NCBI GenBank assembly: GCA_029953675.1
Contig: JAMWBK010000006.1
Coordinates: 1,922,001 to 1,986,000 of the forward strand
Direction of reading: 5' to 3'
From: Rhodosorus marinus CCMP1338
Taxonomy: Eukaryota; Plantae; Rhodophyta
Length of the DNA: 64,000 bases
The translations under genes were made by a program, and so were the position numbers. The notes under the pieces are model-generated. The model searched no databases, was not told the origin of the DNA, and worked only from the letters and a program-made list of their open reading frames with translations. Shown in pieces: positions 1 through 13,693 of the stretch (position 1 is the first letter of the stretch; each line of letters starts with the position of its first letter).

Positions 1-333
1 GTCACGTGGGAGAGGGGAGGATAAGGAAGAGGAGAATCACATTCCAGAAGAGAAAGGTGTCGCTTGTTGTCGAAAGGAAACGAGAGGATGGTGGATACCT
101 GATAGGCTGAATTGGCGGAGTTCTATCTTGAATGTGGATTTCGCCTAGGATAGAGCCCGTTGGGGACTTCGTTCTTTATGCGTCGTTTCTTGTGGGGGGG
201 TTCGCTGAGAGATCTCTCTCTTGGATGGAGGTTGGTGGATCTTACGGTAGAGGGGAGGTGCAACTGTCCGTTTTCTAGTTTTGGGTTAGGTGTATTCGGT
301 GTAGGCGTTCAACTGGGTGGTTGACAGGCCGCG

Positions 334-1814
334 ATGCAGGCGAGCACTCCTCCCGAGCAAGGGCCTGACGAAGAGAAGACTGTTACCAAAACAGATCAGC
401 CGAAGCATGTCTGCGAGCTCCTTATCCTTGTTGACCTCACCATCGGAAGTGATCCGAAGAGAGAACACGAGTTTCAGCAGATCGTTCAATGGGATTGGGC
501 CGCATACAACATCCTCGAGAGGAAAATTGTAGAGAAGAGGAGTATGACATTGGAACGGGAATGGGAAGCGGACACAGAGGATGATGATAGAGTGCACTTC
601 CAGCAAGCAGTAAACCAGTTCGATCAAGCTCTATACGAGATGTTCGTTCAGAAAGATAAGAGCTTCTGCATGTTGACGGATAATTCTTGGACACTCCAGC
701 ACGTCTTCGTGATGGAAGCGATGAGGAAGAACATTCAACTTGCGTCGCACTATCACGTGTTTTTTGACCTTAAGTCGGAATTCAAGAAGTACGAGCCGAA
801 CACTTACTGGCCTCGGGACAGACGTGCAATGCTGGACCATTTCAATTCTCCGGACATCGACGATCCCCGGGATGAGATCGCCCAGATTATTACTCTCCTG
901 CTGGAGCACAATCACTGCTTTGTGTACCCGGAAACTGTTCAAGGGGTTGATTGGGCACGAGAAACGGTAAGCCAGTTCTACATGCTCAGTTGATTTCAAG
1001 GCCGCTTGCTGACTTCTTGTGAACCTGACTTCCTTAGCTTGGTATGCCTGCTCATGCTGCGCCAATTGCGGCAGCGATCCCGGTAGGCGGAATTGTCCGA
1101 CTTCGAGGGCTTCCTTGGGCGGCAAACGAGGAGGATGTTGCGAACTTTTTCAAGGACGTTGAGCTGGTTCCGAATGCTGTTCATATGACTCACACGAGGC
1201 AGAACAAGCCAACGGGGCTTGCCTTCGTGCAAACTGCAACACTGGAAGACGCTGAAGTTGCTGTATCGTTCCACAGGAAGATGATGGATAAGAGATATAT
1301 TGAAGTCTTCAAGTCCTCCCCGCAGGACATGGCTGCCGCGATGGAACGGGCCGATGTACGGAACACAGCTCCAAAAGCTGGAGGAGGATCATACAAGTCG
1401 GTGCCAGTGAACAAAGCTCGAAATGCAGCGGCAGTTGTCGCCGCCGCGGCTGCTGCGGCGGCGGCGGCCGCTGCTGCTGTAGCAACTGCAGCTGTTGCGG
1501 TACCTGTCCCTCTCACATACCAAGTGTCCCACATAGTAAAAATGCGCGGCCTGCCGTTCTCAGCCTCGGTTGCGCAGGTAATCAAATTTTTCGAGGGCAT
1601 TGAGATATCCAACCGAGGGGTTCATCTAGTGTATGGTGCCGACGGAAGGATGGTTGGAGAGGCGTTCGTGGAGTTCCCGAGTGACCAGATGCTTGCGAAA
1701 GCTCTCCAGCGAAATAGGGAGAAGATTGGATCCAGATACATTGAGCTCTTTCGCAGCTCGCCCGCAGAAATGGTTTCTACTTTTGAGCGCTTTGGGTCAA
1801 TGCCTAGTCGCTAG
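334..1814 (+). CDS. ESRP/Fusilli-like RNA-binding protein: N-terminal DnaQ-like (degenerate DEDDh) domain + two hnRNP F/H-type qRRMs; 2 exons (334-966, 1038-1814)
   Basis: An intron at 967-1037 (GTAAG...CTGAC...TTAG) joins ORFs 334..993 and 1044..1814 in frame. FQQAVNQFDQ...SFCMLTD...HVFFDLKSEFKK resembles the ESRP exonuclease-like domain. The qRRMs read IVRLRGLPW...RYIEVFKS and IVKMRGLPF...RYIELFRS. Confidence 0.85.
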
Positions 1815-3639
1815 CTCGCTTGGAGTTTCTCGTGTGGATGTGAGTTTCTGACAGCTTCGCTGTAACACGTCGGTCCGAAACGAAACCTTTCAACATGTAT
1901 TCTAAGGTGAGAACTAGTTTGAGATTCTGTTGGCACTTTGCATCCAAATTGTGTACTGGTGAAAATGCTTGCAGTGCAATTTTTTCCGGAAGGAGTGGAT
2001 GCGACATTGAATCCGCCTGCTCTCTACAGGCGTATCTTTGCGTTGTATCACTTTTCGCAAAAAGCCGGGGCATCGGACATTTCCAGAGATGGTTACAGCC
2101 CTAGCATGCCAGTAATTTGCTGCAACTGACGCGCTGATCTCTATCCTATAGGGGAACTTGCTCTCACACATGGAGGATTCACCTTTAGGAACCTATTAGG
2201 CGCGGCACTGCTATGGGTGATGAGAGGTGCTGGACAACGTTGGAATGATACTCGAAGAATGGGGTATACGCTTAGCTAGGGGAAAGTTATATTCCAGCAA
2301 CATGGCAAGTTCACGATCAGAAGGGAGCCAATGTGTTTATGATTTCAAGAGATCTCATGAAGCTCCTAGCAGAAGTATTTGGGAACTGAATTCATCCCAT
2401 GCGAGATGGCCATGGTGTATGGGGAAGCCGCCGGCCCTACTAACATTTTTTTCTATTGTAAAATACGCAATGAAAGCATCTGCAGCATCTACAATCTGAG
2501 AGCCTCATGAGAAGAGCTGCCACAGCAGCTCTAGAAGGCCTTGTTAGAGTAGGACACTTGTGGTAGCAAGAAGTGCTTTGCCTCGATGGATGTGGACGCT
2601 CTCGACTACCACACGAGTCCTTTATTCTCATATGAATTTAGGCTCCTGGGATTGGGAGCCTAGCCCAAGCATCGGACCATGACAGAGACGCGCTTTGTGA
2701 TGAGGACTAGCAAATACCACCGCAGAACAAATTCTCATGGCTTCTGGTGAACATGAAGCATGTTTATTCCAAAAACTGAGTCAGCTTTCCCAGCATGTAC
2801 CCCTCTAAACTGCCTAGACACTGTACCGATGATTCCTCCAAGCGGACTCTCTTCCAAGCGCGGGTTGGTGACCCCGATCATCGTACTCCCGCGGCTGCAT
2901 AGTTCATTCAGCGATGATTCCTCCTAGAGACTCTCCACACAGGGCTTCAGGGAAAAATCATTCAGTTTAAGACTGCTTGCATCACGACCAGGTTTTTAGT
3001 GCTTTTCGGGTTCCACCAACCCCTTCCAAGCGATTCGGGTTCGAATCCCCCTGTCCCATTGGGGGACCAAGGCGATCAACCTCCATGGACGAGAATTAAG
3101 TAAACGCGTGCCATACAACTATTGGTCTACACAGATGCATTGATTGAGAAAAAACCCGCACAGGAAATTGATTGGTCTACAGCCCTTATGAGATATTTTA
3201 AGGGCAAATTCAAAGCTTTTCTAACACCCCGGCTGGTGACTGTTAAAAAGCATGTTTGGATTTTGTTTTGGATCCAAAAAGTTTGTAAATATTCAGCAAT
3301 ATAATGAGAAGTAGGGAAAACTCAGCACCTAATTTTTGGCTTAAGGGTCCGCTGAGTGTAGAGAGTGGATGGGAACTGTTGGATGGAATCATTTAGGATT
3401 TCGACTGCTATTGTTTTGGAATGGATTGACGGTAGAGCTGGTGGAGCCGGCGCTCAAGAGGTTTTCGTACTGTGTAGGATTGATCTCACAGAAGCTTTCT
3501 AACGTAGATGAGGTTCTGCTAGGCGAAAATCAATTTTGGAAGCGCTGGTTTGCCCTGATTCTGTTCGACTTTCTCGCACCGGGGCGTGGTGGGTAATGTT
3601 GTTGTTTCTTCGTTTATCCCGGTCTGCAAAGGAATAACG

Positions 3640-5521
3640 ATGGCAAGTAGGAGGGCATGTATGATGCTCAGGGGCTCAGTGAGGGGCTCGGTGACAGGTG
3701 TACGAGGACTGGGGCCTGGAATCAGCTCGCGTTCGCGAAAGGCAAATGAAAGGCAGCTCTCCACCCTGGGTCAAAGACCCTTTTGTTCGGGATATCGGGA
3801 GAATCAGTGCAGGACAGTGAGAAAGCTATGCGTATCCTCGGCAGAGTTGCAGGATGCTAGCGCTGGAACCCCGTTCATCCTGGCCGATATTGGGGAAGGT
3901 AGGTCCTGCTGAGCTTCCTCAGACAAGATTACAGCAGGGGAAGACCTCAACCTTAGGCTGGCTGTGATAGGGATCACGGAGGTCGAGATTATTCGGTGGT
4001 TCGTGTCGGAAGGAGATCACGTTACCCAGTTTCAAAAATTGGTAGAGGTTCAGAGCGACAAAGCCAATGTGGACATTACAAGTCGATATGACGGGAAAAT
4101 ACTGAAGCTAGGCTACGCAGAAGGCGACATAGCTATCGTTGGGACACCCTTGGTATGTGAACGATCACGTGGAGCGCACTACTTATCCCGCTTCTATGTG
4201 CTCTGAACTTCGCTTGTCTTAGTGTTTTTTGGAGACGGCAGATGCGCCGGCATCAGCGCCGCCGGAAACGGAGCTCGTACCGCACTCCGGTGACGATGTA
4301 GAAATCGTTGAGGAGCCGAAGAAACGAAGAGTTCTGGCTTCCCCTCCCGTCCGTCTCCTGGCCAAGGAGCACAATATTGACCTGTCAACACTTAGCGGAC
4401 GGTATTCGCATGCGTCAAGGAACGTTGCATCGTCTACAACATTCGAGATCTAAAAATCTGAGGAACCACATCCTCTACTTTTTGTTTCGAACAGAGGTCC
4501 TGAAGGCCGAATAGAGAAGGAAGATGTGCTCGAGGTTCTCGAGGAAAGATCAGAAAGTACCCCTGGCACTGAAGACTTTCAAAAATACCCCTCTCCAGGC
4601 AAATACAAAGCATCACTTCAGCAGAGGGAGCTGGACGAAGCTCATGAGACAACCGTTCCTATTCGAGGTAGGGAATAGTTGGTACCATGGTCATCCCAAT
4701 AAGGGCATGGCATAGAGCATGATGCTCAACACGTTCTGCGCTTCCATTGCATCAGGATTACAACGCGCTATGGTAAAGACCATGACAGCCGCGGTTGCCG
4801 TTCCCCACCTCAACCTCGGGGAGGAGATTTGCTTTGACCAACTCGTTGGTATCAAAAAGTAAGATCACTAAAAGCATCGAATCTGTATGTCATGAGTGAA
4901 CACGATTTCTCAATTTCGCTTTCGTTGGTCTGTTCTAATCAAAGCTCGGTCTCGAAGTGGGCGATGGACAAGCACAGCTTAAAGATCACGTTTCTGCCGT
5001 TCCTAATCAAGGCAACCTCTTTGGCGCTGTCCTCCTTCCCAGTACTGAACTCGCGCGTGGATGAGGGGTGCAAGAACGTCATATATCAGAATCAACACAA
5101 CATTTCCATAGCCATGGATACCCCCAAGGGCCTAGTAGTCCCCAACATCAAGCTAGTTCAAGAGCTGTCTGTACTAGACATTGCGCGGGAATTGAACAGG
5201 TTAAGTGAGACAACCAAGGCTGGTAGATTTCGCGAGGAAGATCTCGCTGGAGGTACTTTTGCTCTCTCCAACGTTGGCTCAATTGCTGGTACATACACGT
5301 CACCAGTAATTATGCTTCCGCAGGTTGCAATCGGAGCCATTGGACGGATACAAAAGCTCCCCAGATTCGATGAGGACGGTCGCGTTGTGGAGAAGAGGAT
5401 AGCACACGTGACTTGGGCCGCTGATCACCGAATCATAGACGGAGCAACAATCGCCAACTTTTCTAACCTCTGGAAACGACACGTCGAGAATCCTGCCGAA
5501 ATGATTCTCGAAATGAAGTAA
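3640..5521 (+). CDS. DBT: Branched-chain alpha-keto acid dehydrogenase E2 (dihydrolipoyl transacylase), mitochondrial, multi-exon
   Basis: Arg/Ser-rich presequence; PFILADIGEG|ITEVEIIRWFV; lipoyl motif VQSDKANVDITSRYDG; E3-binding LASPPVRLLAKEHNIDL; catalytic AADHRIIDGA; canonical introns (e.g. 3899-3970). Confidence 0.93.
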
Positions 5522-6991
5522 CGCACGGGGTGATAGAAGCAGTTGCATATTGATGGACGACCAACAGCGACTTAGAAAGGCTGCGATGGACATTCAAGCG
5601 GACAGACAATCGAAACCCTCCAGTAAATAGTTGGAACCGTGCCCTAACGTGGACGAAGTATTCAGACAGCCTTCATGGTCAGAACGAAGGATCGTGTTTA
5701 GAGCATGCAAAAGCAATTGATCATGTTGTCGGGAGTTGAATTATTGCACGAACCCATTCTCCCAGGGCGCAATCGTTCTAGTACGCGCTCTGCTAGCCTG
5801 TCTGTTGGCGAAACACGGCCAAATTTGGGGAACATTTGGTGTGACTATGATCAAGTCTCATGGAGAATAACAGTTCCAGTTCTGGAACATGGCTGAATAG
5901 TGAGGCTATCTCCTGGTTACTCCTTGGCGGACCAGGCTTCGAAAAAAAAAAAAAAAACAATCCCGCCCACGGCACAACAATCCGAACGCTCCGACAGAAT
6001 CGCGTTTACCCAGGCACACAACACCGAGCAAGAAAACAATGAACAAGCCAAAACCTCTAGAGGGTAGACTACGCTGCCTCTCCAGTCAACCCAGCATGTC
6101 GATCGATCACCAACCGGCCTTCTAGTACAAGTTCCACTCACCCCGCCCGTTCATTAAACCGTACACCACTGTCAACAAACCATGACGTGCACCTCCGAAA
6201 CCCTCAGAAGCAAAAATATCACACATTCACAAATTATTACATATATTCATATCAAAATATATTGATATAAAATATAAAAAGCGTATATAGATTTAATATA
6301 TTTCTTTTTTAATGCAAGATAAATATAAATCGTTTACAAATTATTGGGGTCAATTGCTTATGACATACTAGTTACAAAAACAAACACAAATGAAAATTGT
6401 TAGTCAGTACCAAAATAGTAATGATGTACTAACCACATATTAGCGGAAGCACTTCCGTTTTTGGGATCAAACGGGGTAGGGGCTAGGCTAGAAGTTTGTG
6501 AATGAGTTTCTGTATTCCCAGACTAAGAAATACCCACGCGCCTCCAGGTAGAGTGTCAGCGTCTACGCATCGTAAATAGAAAACTCGAGGAGTAAACAGC
6601 GAGTTTAGCTGGTCTGGGCCCTCAACGAACACTCTTGGAAGCGCGAAAGTAAGTAGCACTAAAATTGGGAAGGGTGGAGGAATGAATTTTTTGCTGTTGC
6701 TGTTAGGTAATATATGCACTAACTTGGGTGTCATGGAGAGTCTTGGGTCTTCATGAAGATGTTCTCGCTTTACATGATGAAGTGCTCTATTGTAAGATGG
6801 GCTTGACTCTCGCGAAGGCGTTGGTGTTGGTCTACCGGATTGTCTTGTTTTGAGTTTGTTTGTTTTGAGTGAGCGGTGGGGTGTTCCTGTTTGGGCGCGG
6901 GACACTGTCTCTCTCCGTGGTTGGGGACCATTTGCGGAGCTGCGGAGAGGAAGAGTGAGCAAAATAATACTGCTGCTCCCTGGGCATCGTG

Positions 6992-9368
6992 ATGCAGCCA
7001 TGGAGCAAACAACATGCTCCACGTGTTCTGGTACTTTTGTCTTTGTTTAGTCTCGGACTTGCTTCCGAATACGATCACAAGGTAACTTTCGACGATTCAC
7101 GGATTTCGTTGAAGCGAAGCTGACGAAAGTCACCTCACTTGCGGATATTGACGGTGTTGACTATTCTAGTATGAGGAAGGTGATAGAATAGGCGTGTGGG
7201 CTGCTCGCGTGGGACCTTTGAGTAAACCGTTTGAGGCTTACAACATGTATGATCTCCCCTACTGTCGACCGGACGCGATCATGATGAATTTAGAAAAGAA
7301 GGAGGCGTTCTTGGGTGAGGAAATCACTTCCTTCAACAAGATACTCAGCTACCAAAAGTTTCATTGCTCTAAAACACCGGAGATTACGGTTGCCGATTCC
7401 GCAGGCGACGCTCTTCAGGGATGCAACATGGAACATACAGGGGTCACGTTGCGCTTTAACGGTAAGTAGGAAAAGCATACATCAGCAAGCGATCCTTGCC
7501 ATTTCGACAAGGGAAGAACTGTATCTCAGCCATTTATTGCCGGCTATTCAGTCCCCGTATCTGGACAGAAGCTGTGCACGTCTTATCCCTCAGCAAGGGA
7601 AAAAGAACGCTTTATGGAAGCGGCTTACGATCGATGGGTATTTACCTTGTACGTTGATGACATGCCCGTCCGAGGCACCGTCGGACCACCCGTGGAGCAG
7701 AACGCGGTTGAGGTGAAGGACTTCAGCAAAGTCAGAATATATACTCAGTTCAGCTTTACTATAGAATACAACAAGAACCGAGTGGTAGGATTGTCGTTGG
7801 AGATGAAGTCCCCAACGGCGGTTGATGGACCTGCCTTGGACGTGACATATGATGTCAAATGGGAAAAGTCTGAGAAGGATTTTGTCTCCCGGTACGAGAA
7901 AGTTATGGAGTCTGAGCTCTTCGCCAGTAGAGCTCACTGGATAGCAATCATCAACTCGATGGCGATCGTTATTGTTATGGTAGCTATTGCAGCGAGGATC
8001 GTTCGAAACTTGCTTAATGCAGATATCCAGAAGTATTCCACCGTGCTCATGGATGATGGTCTTGATGTGGAGTTGGCGGATATAGTAGCCGCTGAGTCTG
8101 GGTGGAAACAAATCAGGGAGGATGTTCTTCGTACGCCCCCATGTCCGTTGATGCTTTGTTCCTTGATAGGCTTCGGAAACCACCTCGTCCTGCTTGTCTT
8201 GTCGTTCGTAGTCGCCACCCTCGCGGGAAATCTGTATGTTACACCGGGCCACCTTGCGAAGGCTTTCTGCCTGTCTTCCACAGTAAGCTGCATTCAACAC
8301 CATTGGGTTGCTCTTTCGATAGTTGTTCTGACGTGCTTGTATGAATTCCTCTCAGTGCACCTCCTTTTTCGCGGGATATTATGCGACTGGAGCATTATGT
8401 CGCATGACGGGCAACCTCTCTACTCGAAGCCATATTATCTCATCGGTTTTGTCTATTGGAGGGATGCTAATTCTAGGAGCTGTTTTTTTCTTACCAACAA
8501 ATCTTCTCTCCTCTATAGCGGGATCAAATCTTACTGTAAGTGAATCCAACCAATTTTATCCACAGCTTCCGCAATTGACCAAGCGCTACTTAACGCGATG
8601 CAGATATCTTACTCAACCATTTTCAAGCTTGGGCGAGTCTGGACTTTCTACTGTCTGCCTCCCGGCGTGCTCGGCTCGAGGGTAGCGAAGAGCCTCCATG
8701 AAAACGCGAAGCCACATCCCTGTAGGGAAGTTCCAAGACCGATTAGGGTTCGATTTTTGACCTCTCCGGTAGGTTGCAGCTTCTTCTCGTGTAAAGCAGG
8801 AACGAATCTAATATTGAGCTTACCTGAAACAGGTGTTCATCGCATCTGTGAGCGCGGTTATGCCCTTCTCCTGCATTGTGATGGAGGTCTTCTTCATTCT
8901 CAAGTCCTTCTGGGGCCTGAAAATGTATTACATATTCGACACACTGTTGATCATATTCTTGCTGCTGATGGCTGTGACTGCAAGTTCCAGCATTGTCGGG
9001 TCATACGTTCTCCTTAGCGCTGAGGATTACCGATGGCAATGGAGCAGTACGTGTTTAGATAACGAAAATCACGTAGAACTGCTAACACCTGATGTTGAGC
9101 ACTGAGAAGTGCCCACTCTGAATTTTCTCTTGGTCTTTTTCCCCCCGCAGGTTGGGGTAGTGGAGCATTTACAGGTTTCTACTGCTTTCTCTACTCTATG
9201 TTTTTCTATGTGTATAATACCAACATATCAGGCGTTGTTCCAACAGTATTCTATTTTACTTTCAGCCTCTTCTTCTCATCCCTCCTAGCGGTTCTCTGCG
9301 GTGCTTTGGCCTATCTAGCTTCGAGTATATTTGTGAAGAAGCTCTACACGAACTTCAAATCAGATTAA
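6992..9368 (+). CDS. TM9SF/nonaspanin (EMP70) family nine-TM protein, multi-exon
   Basis: Signal peptide then SEYDHK|YEEGD...RVGP...YDLPYC; HWIAIINS; SGWKQIREDVLR; EDYRWQW; C-terminal YTNFKSD* (KxD/E Golgi motif). Confidence 0.93.
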
Positions 9369-10258
9369 CTGAAACCGGTATATAACCTAAACTACTAAAT
9401 GGAGAGGTTGATATATGCGTATGGATACGAGATCGTGGCCCCTCCGCTGTTGCGTTGGAGTTCACCTGTCTCGTCAAAACGACCGAGCTGACCAAGGCCC
9501 AAGGTATCCGGTACTGGAAAGCTTTCTTTGAATGTGTGGAGGTTCGTTCAAGAGGCTCAGTCTTGTTATTCCGGTCATATGTCTCGTCCTGCACTACGGG
9601 AAGGGTTTTTAACATGTGAAACCTTCTGTGGGAAGACAGCCTAGCACGAGGAGCCGTCGGGGACTGTAAACTGCGTTGGAGGCGGTAATCCGACCGCCTC
9701 GGTGACCTCGGTAAAGACCCGCGGCTTACGTTTCAAGTTAGGGTCTTTGGTAGTGTCCACCAGAGAGTTTCAAGCAAGCAATGGTTTTACTGTTGGGAAC
9801 CAGCATGCCTTAAAAATCTGTGGTATTGTTCACTGTGCAAGATGCCTGTACTTCTATTGAGCGTAGGGAAGCCTTTCGATGGGCAATGGTTCCTGTGAGG
9901 AGCTGAAAGTATCTGGACATCTCTAACAAAGAAGTTTCAAGATAAAAATACAATCTTTTTCAAGAGATTGTTGTACGTAGTGTTCATTGGATAAAGTTAT
10001 AATCTATTATGGAAATATTTAGATGATATTTCAACTTAGTTTCATTTATTTTCGGTTTTCCAGGACGAAAAGCCCACGGACGGTGTGTGTGGAGATGTTG
10101 ATTGGGTGAATCCTATCTGTACTATAGTATAATTTATAGAATACATCGGTACGTGAATTTGTCCGTTATTGAAAGCTGTTCGACGGGGATGTGACCGTGG
10201 GTTGGGGACGATTGGGTGGGGGTTGTGGATTGCGTCAATGGGATTTTCATGGGGAACC

Positions 10259-12929
10259 ATGGACAGCAACAAGAAGTATAGGAAGGGAGATAGAAATAAG
10301 AAAGGCTCAGGAAAGTTCAACCAAAACGATGCTCGGAAAACGCGCCGTGATAGGGAGGCTACGAGCATTTCGAGGGTGAACGCGGCGGTTGAAGCCATTC
10401 CGCTGTACAGTGGACTTTCGCGAGTTGAAAGGGTAAAACAAGAAAAGTTTTCTGACCTGCCGGTCTCGGAGAAAACTTTGGACGCACTAGCCGCGGCTGA
10501 CTATGAAACCCTCACGGCGATACAGACTTTGGCAATCCCGCAAGGTCTTCGAGGCTCCGACGCTTTAATTGCTGCACCAACTGGAAGCGGAAAGACTCTT
10601 TGCTTTGTAATTCCTGTCATTGAACTTCTTTGGAGATCAAGGTACGTCCTCAGCAGCTTCCAGAAGATCGTTTGTAAGCTCGCAATCCCTTACCTGCACA
10701 ACCATTGCTCCGTTCGCTGGCTACTATAAAACAGATGGAGCAGCTTAGATGGAATTGGAGCTATTATTCTTACCCCAACTCGAGAACTAGCTGTGCAAAT
10801 ATTCGAAGTCGTAACTCAGCTCCTAAAGATGCATCACATCACTGCTGGCCTAGTGATAGGCGGAAAAAGCCTGGCCACTGAACAGAGGCATATAGACAGA
10901 GCGAACATTCTTGTGGCGACGCCTGGTCGTCTGCTCCAGCACATGGATGAGAGCGTAGGCTTCTCAGCAGATAATCTGAAGCTGTTGGTCCTGGATGAAG
11001 CCGACCGAATACTAGATCTCGGCTTTGAAAGGACAATGGAAGCAATCTTGGATAATCTGTCGAGCGACAGACAAACGATGCTATTCTCTGCAACTCAAAC
11101 AAAGTCCGTGAAGGCTTTAGCAAAACTTTCACTCGAGGATCCCCAGTATATTGGCATCAAGCAGGTATGCGTCTTGCTCGAGCTTGTGACCATCAGCCTC
11201 AATGCGAGGCCAGGAGCTTTTGAAGATGGCGATGCTAAGATCCCCCTGGTTGTCTGTGCGTGAACAGGTTGAAGGCAACGAGGGTAGTGCCGCTGAAGAG
11301 AATTCCGAGGAGACGCTATCTGCAACCCCAAAGAAATTATCGCAGTTCTACACTATAATCGGAGAAGGGGATAAGTTGAACGTTCTGTGGTCATTTATTA
11401 CATCACATCTGAAGTCCAAAATCCTCGTTTTCGTGACGAGCTCAAAGCAGGTACGTATCGACTGTATACGCTGCCCAGTTGTTGAGCAGCGCCTAACCCT
11501 TTGTATGACTGTAGGTTCGATTCTTCTATGAAGCATTGCGAAGGATGAGACCTGGAATTCCTCTCTTGCATCTGTTCGGTAGGATGAAATTGCAGAAGCG
11601 AACATCCACGTATGGTGACTTTTGCAAAAGCAAAGCGGCTTGTTTGTTCGCCACCGACGTAGCCTCGAGGGGTCTGGACTTTCCAGCTGTGGACTGGGTG
11701 GTTCAGGTTGATTGTCCAGAGTCTCTTGCAACTTATATACATCGCGTTGGTAGAACTGCTCGGTATACCTCTTCTGGGAAAGCTACTCTGTTTCTTCTCC
11801 CGAGTGAGAACAAGTTTGTGGACCAGTTAAACGATTCGAGACTGCCGGCAAAGAAGATGGTGGTGAAGAGAAACAAGATGCTTGATATCACTCCGAAGCT
11901 TGAGTCGATCGTGGCTGCAAATACGGACGTCAAACATCTCGCGCAGAGGGCAGTAGTTAGCTACCTGAAGGCGGTACATCTTTTTGCAGACAAAGAGGTC
12001 TTCAACCTCCGCGAGATAGACTTCAGGAAGCTGGCACATTCCTATGGCCTTCCGAGCGCACCGAGAGTGAAGTTCCCAGCCGTAGGCGGAACAAAAGCGA
12101 TCAAAGTCGCAAAGGTGAAGGCACAGAACGAGTTTGGGTATGTGCCAAGAAAGAACGCAAACGATATTCGAGGCAAGATCGAGGTAGGTCGATTGCCTCA
12201 CTAGGAATGTGCAAAACAACTTGTGCTTTGTCCCTGTGCTGAAGTCCTAGACGTCCTCACTCTTCTCTGTGGCCCAGCTGGAGCAAGACGATGATGAGGA
12301 CCTATTACAGGTGAAGAGGACAAATCGGGACTTGGTGAACGACACTCATGAACCGGAATATCCTCCCACTATTGAGCCCCCAGTGAAGACAAAGCAAAAG
12401 CTCAAGATTCTGTCTTCGGGAGAGACTCGAAAGACTGAAGCACAGCATGTACAGTTTGGGGAATCCGAGGAACAATCCGATCCAGAGGGATCGGAGATGC
12501 CGACTGTAGTTGCAGAGGTGAGACGTAGGACTGATACTTATCTGGCGAACGCAATCTCTGAAACGGCTTTTCCTCTTTTACGCTTTGTAGAGCTCTGGTG
12601 ACGAGACTTCTGAAGGCGAGCGGGAGCAGAACTTCTTAAAGAGGGTGAGAGAAAAACTCGAAGAGGAGGACCAGAATGATGTCGCGGTACAGAAGGAGAG
12701 GATTCGTGGCAAGCACAAGAAGCAGAGGATCAGCTCTCGAAGAGAAGGTGATATGCTCAGTTCTGCGCTTGCGATGAACGAAACTGCGGACGGGAATCCG
12801 AACGAGGTTGAGAGACCGAGCTCGGAGTACAGCAGCCAAGCAGAAGAGTCTGCTGACCAAGCGGAACAGGAGTATGGACATCATGAAGATGCAGCCCTGA
12901 AGTTGTTGCGATCGACCGCCAGATTCTGA
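10259..12929 (+). CDS. DBP4: DEAD-box RNA helicase Dbp4/DDX10 (18S rRNA biogenesis), multi-exon
   Basis: KFSDLPVS; [11 protein letters not shown]; PTRELA; [11 protein letters not shown]; SAT; HRVGRTARY; C-terminal [15 protein letters not shown]...[11 protein letters not shown] typical of DDX10. Confidence 0.93.
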
Positions 12930-13217
12930 GCGCGCATGCCGGCCTAGAACGTAGTAGCAGAATATTTATATGGTTGTCTTTTGGAAGAAACAAACATCCT
13001 CTCGAAAAGTGCCATATTCCTCAGTTGTATCTACTCTTAGTCGTCTCGGGACAACCATTTCCGAGGAGAAATTTGAGAAAGTTGAATACGCTAGAGTCGG
13101 GTGTTTTTCATTACAGTGTTGCCGAATGGGAAGGTTTGGTTAGTCTCAGGATGACGATTTCCGGAGAACTCGTAAAAAGATTTGAGAAAGTTGAATTCGC
13201 TAGAGGCGGAGTTTTTT

Positions 13218-13693
13218 CATGATGGTGTTGTCGACGCGGAAGGTTTGGTTCTCTTAACGAAGACCTCTAATATCTTCTTCTCCACAGCGCCCTCGAGGAC
13301 GTCCGAATTCTTGGGGAGACTTGACGTCATGTAGACCATTAGACCGAACCTCTTCGCTAAGGAGAACCCGAGAAACAAAAAAATACATAGCGCAAAACGC
13401 AGAGTCTCATCGAATCAGACGAATGCTTCTGGATGTCCTTGGATATGGTACAATCACCTACCCAGCTTCCTGGCCAACCGCTTCGCAAATTCCCCATCCA
13501 AAGCTCCGATCAATATGGACGAGGGTGGATCTCGCTCCATTGCGCTGACTTGAATTGGCGCTGACACTGCCATTGCTCCCATCGGCACTGATCGCCCGCT
13601 ATTCACCCAAACCCACACTGAACTTTCCAGCCACAAGAACTGGTACCGGACAAGGCTATCGCCAAGGCTCTCAGAGAACGCTTCCAACGCCAT
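13218..13693 (-). CDS. PSMG4: Proteasome assembly chaperone 4 (PAC4/POC4), 2 exons
   Basis: FSESLGDSLVRYQFLWLESSVWVWV...MAVS...SSILIG...FAKRLARKL|AKRFGLMVYMTSSLP...VEKKI; intron starts with GTAGGT at 13461. Confidence 0.8.

Noticed and set aside
3035-3060. tRNA T-arm-like GGGTTCGAATCCC
   Set aside because: Only 3 bp of T-stem pair, and there is no matching acceptor stem, D-arm or anticodon arm upstream. At most a box-B-like remnant.
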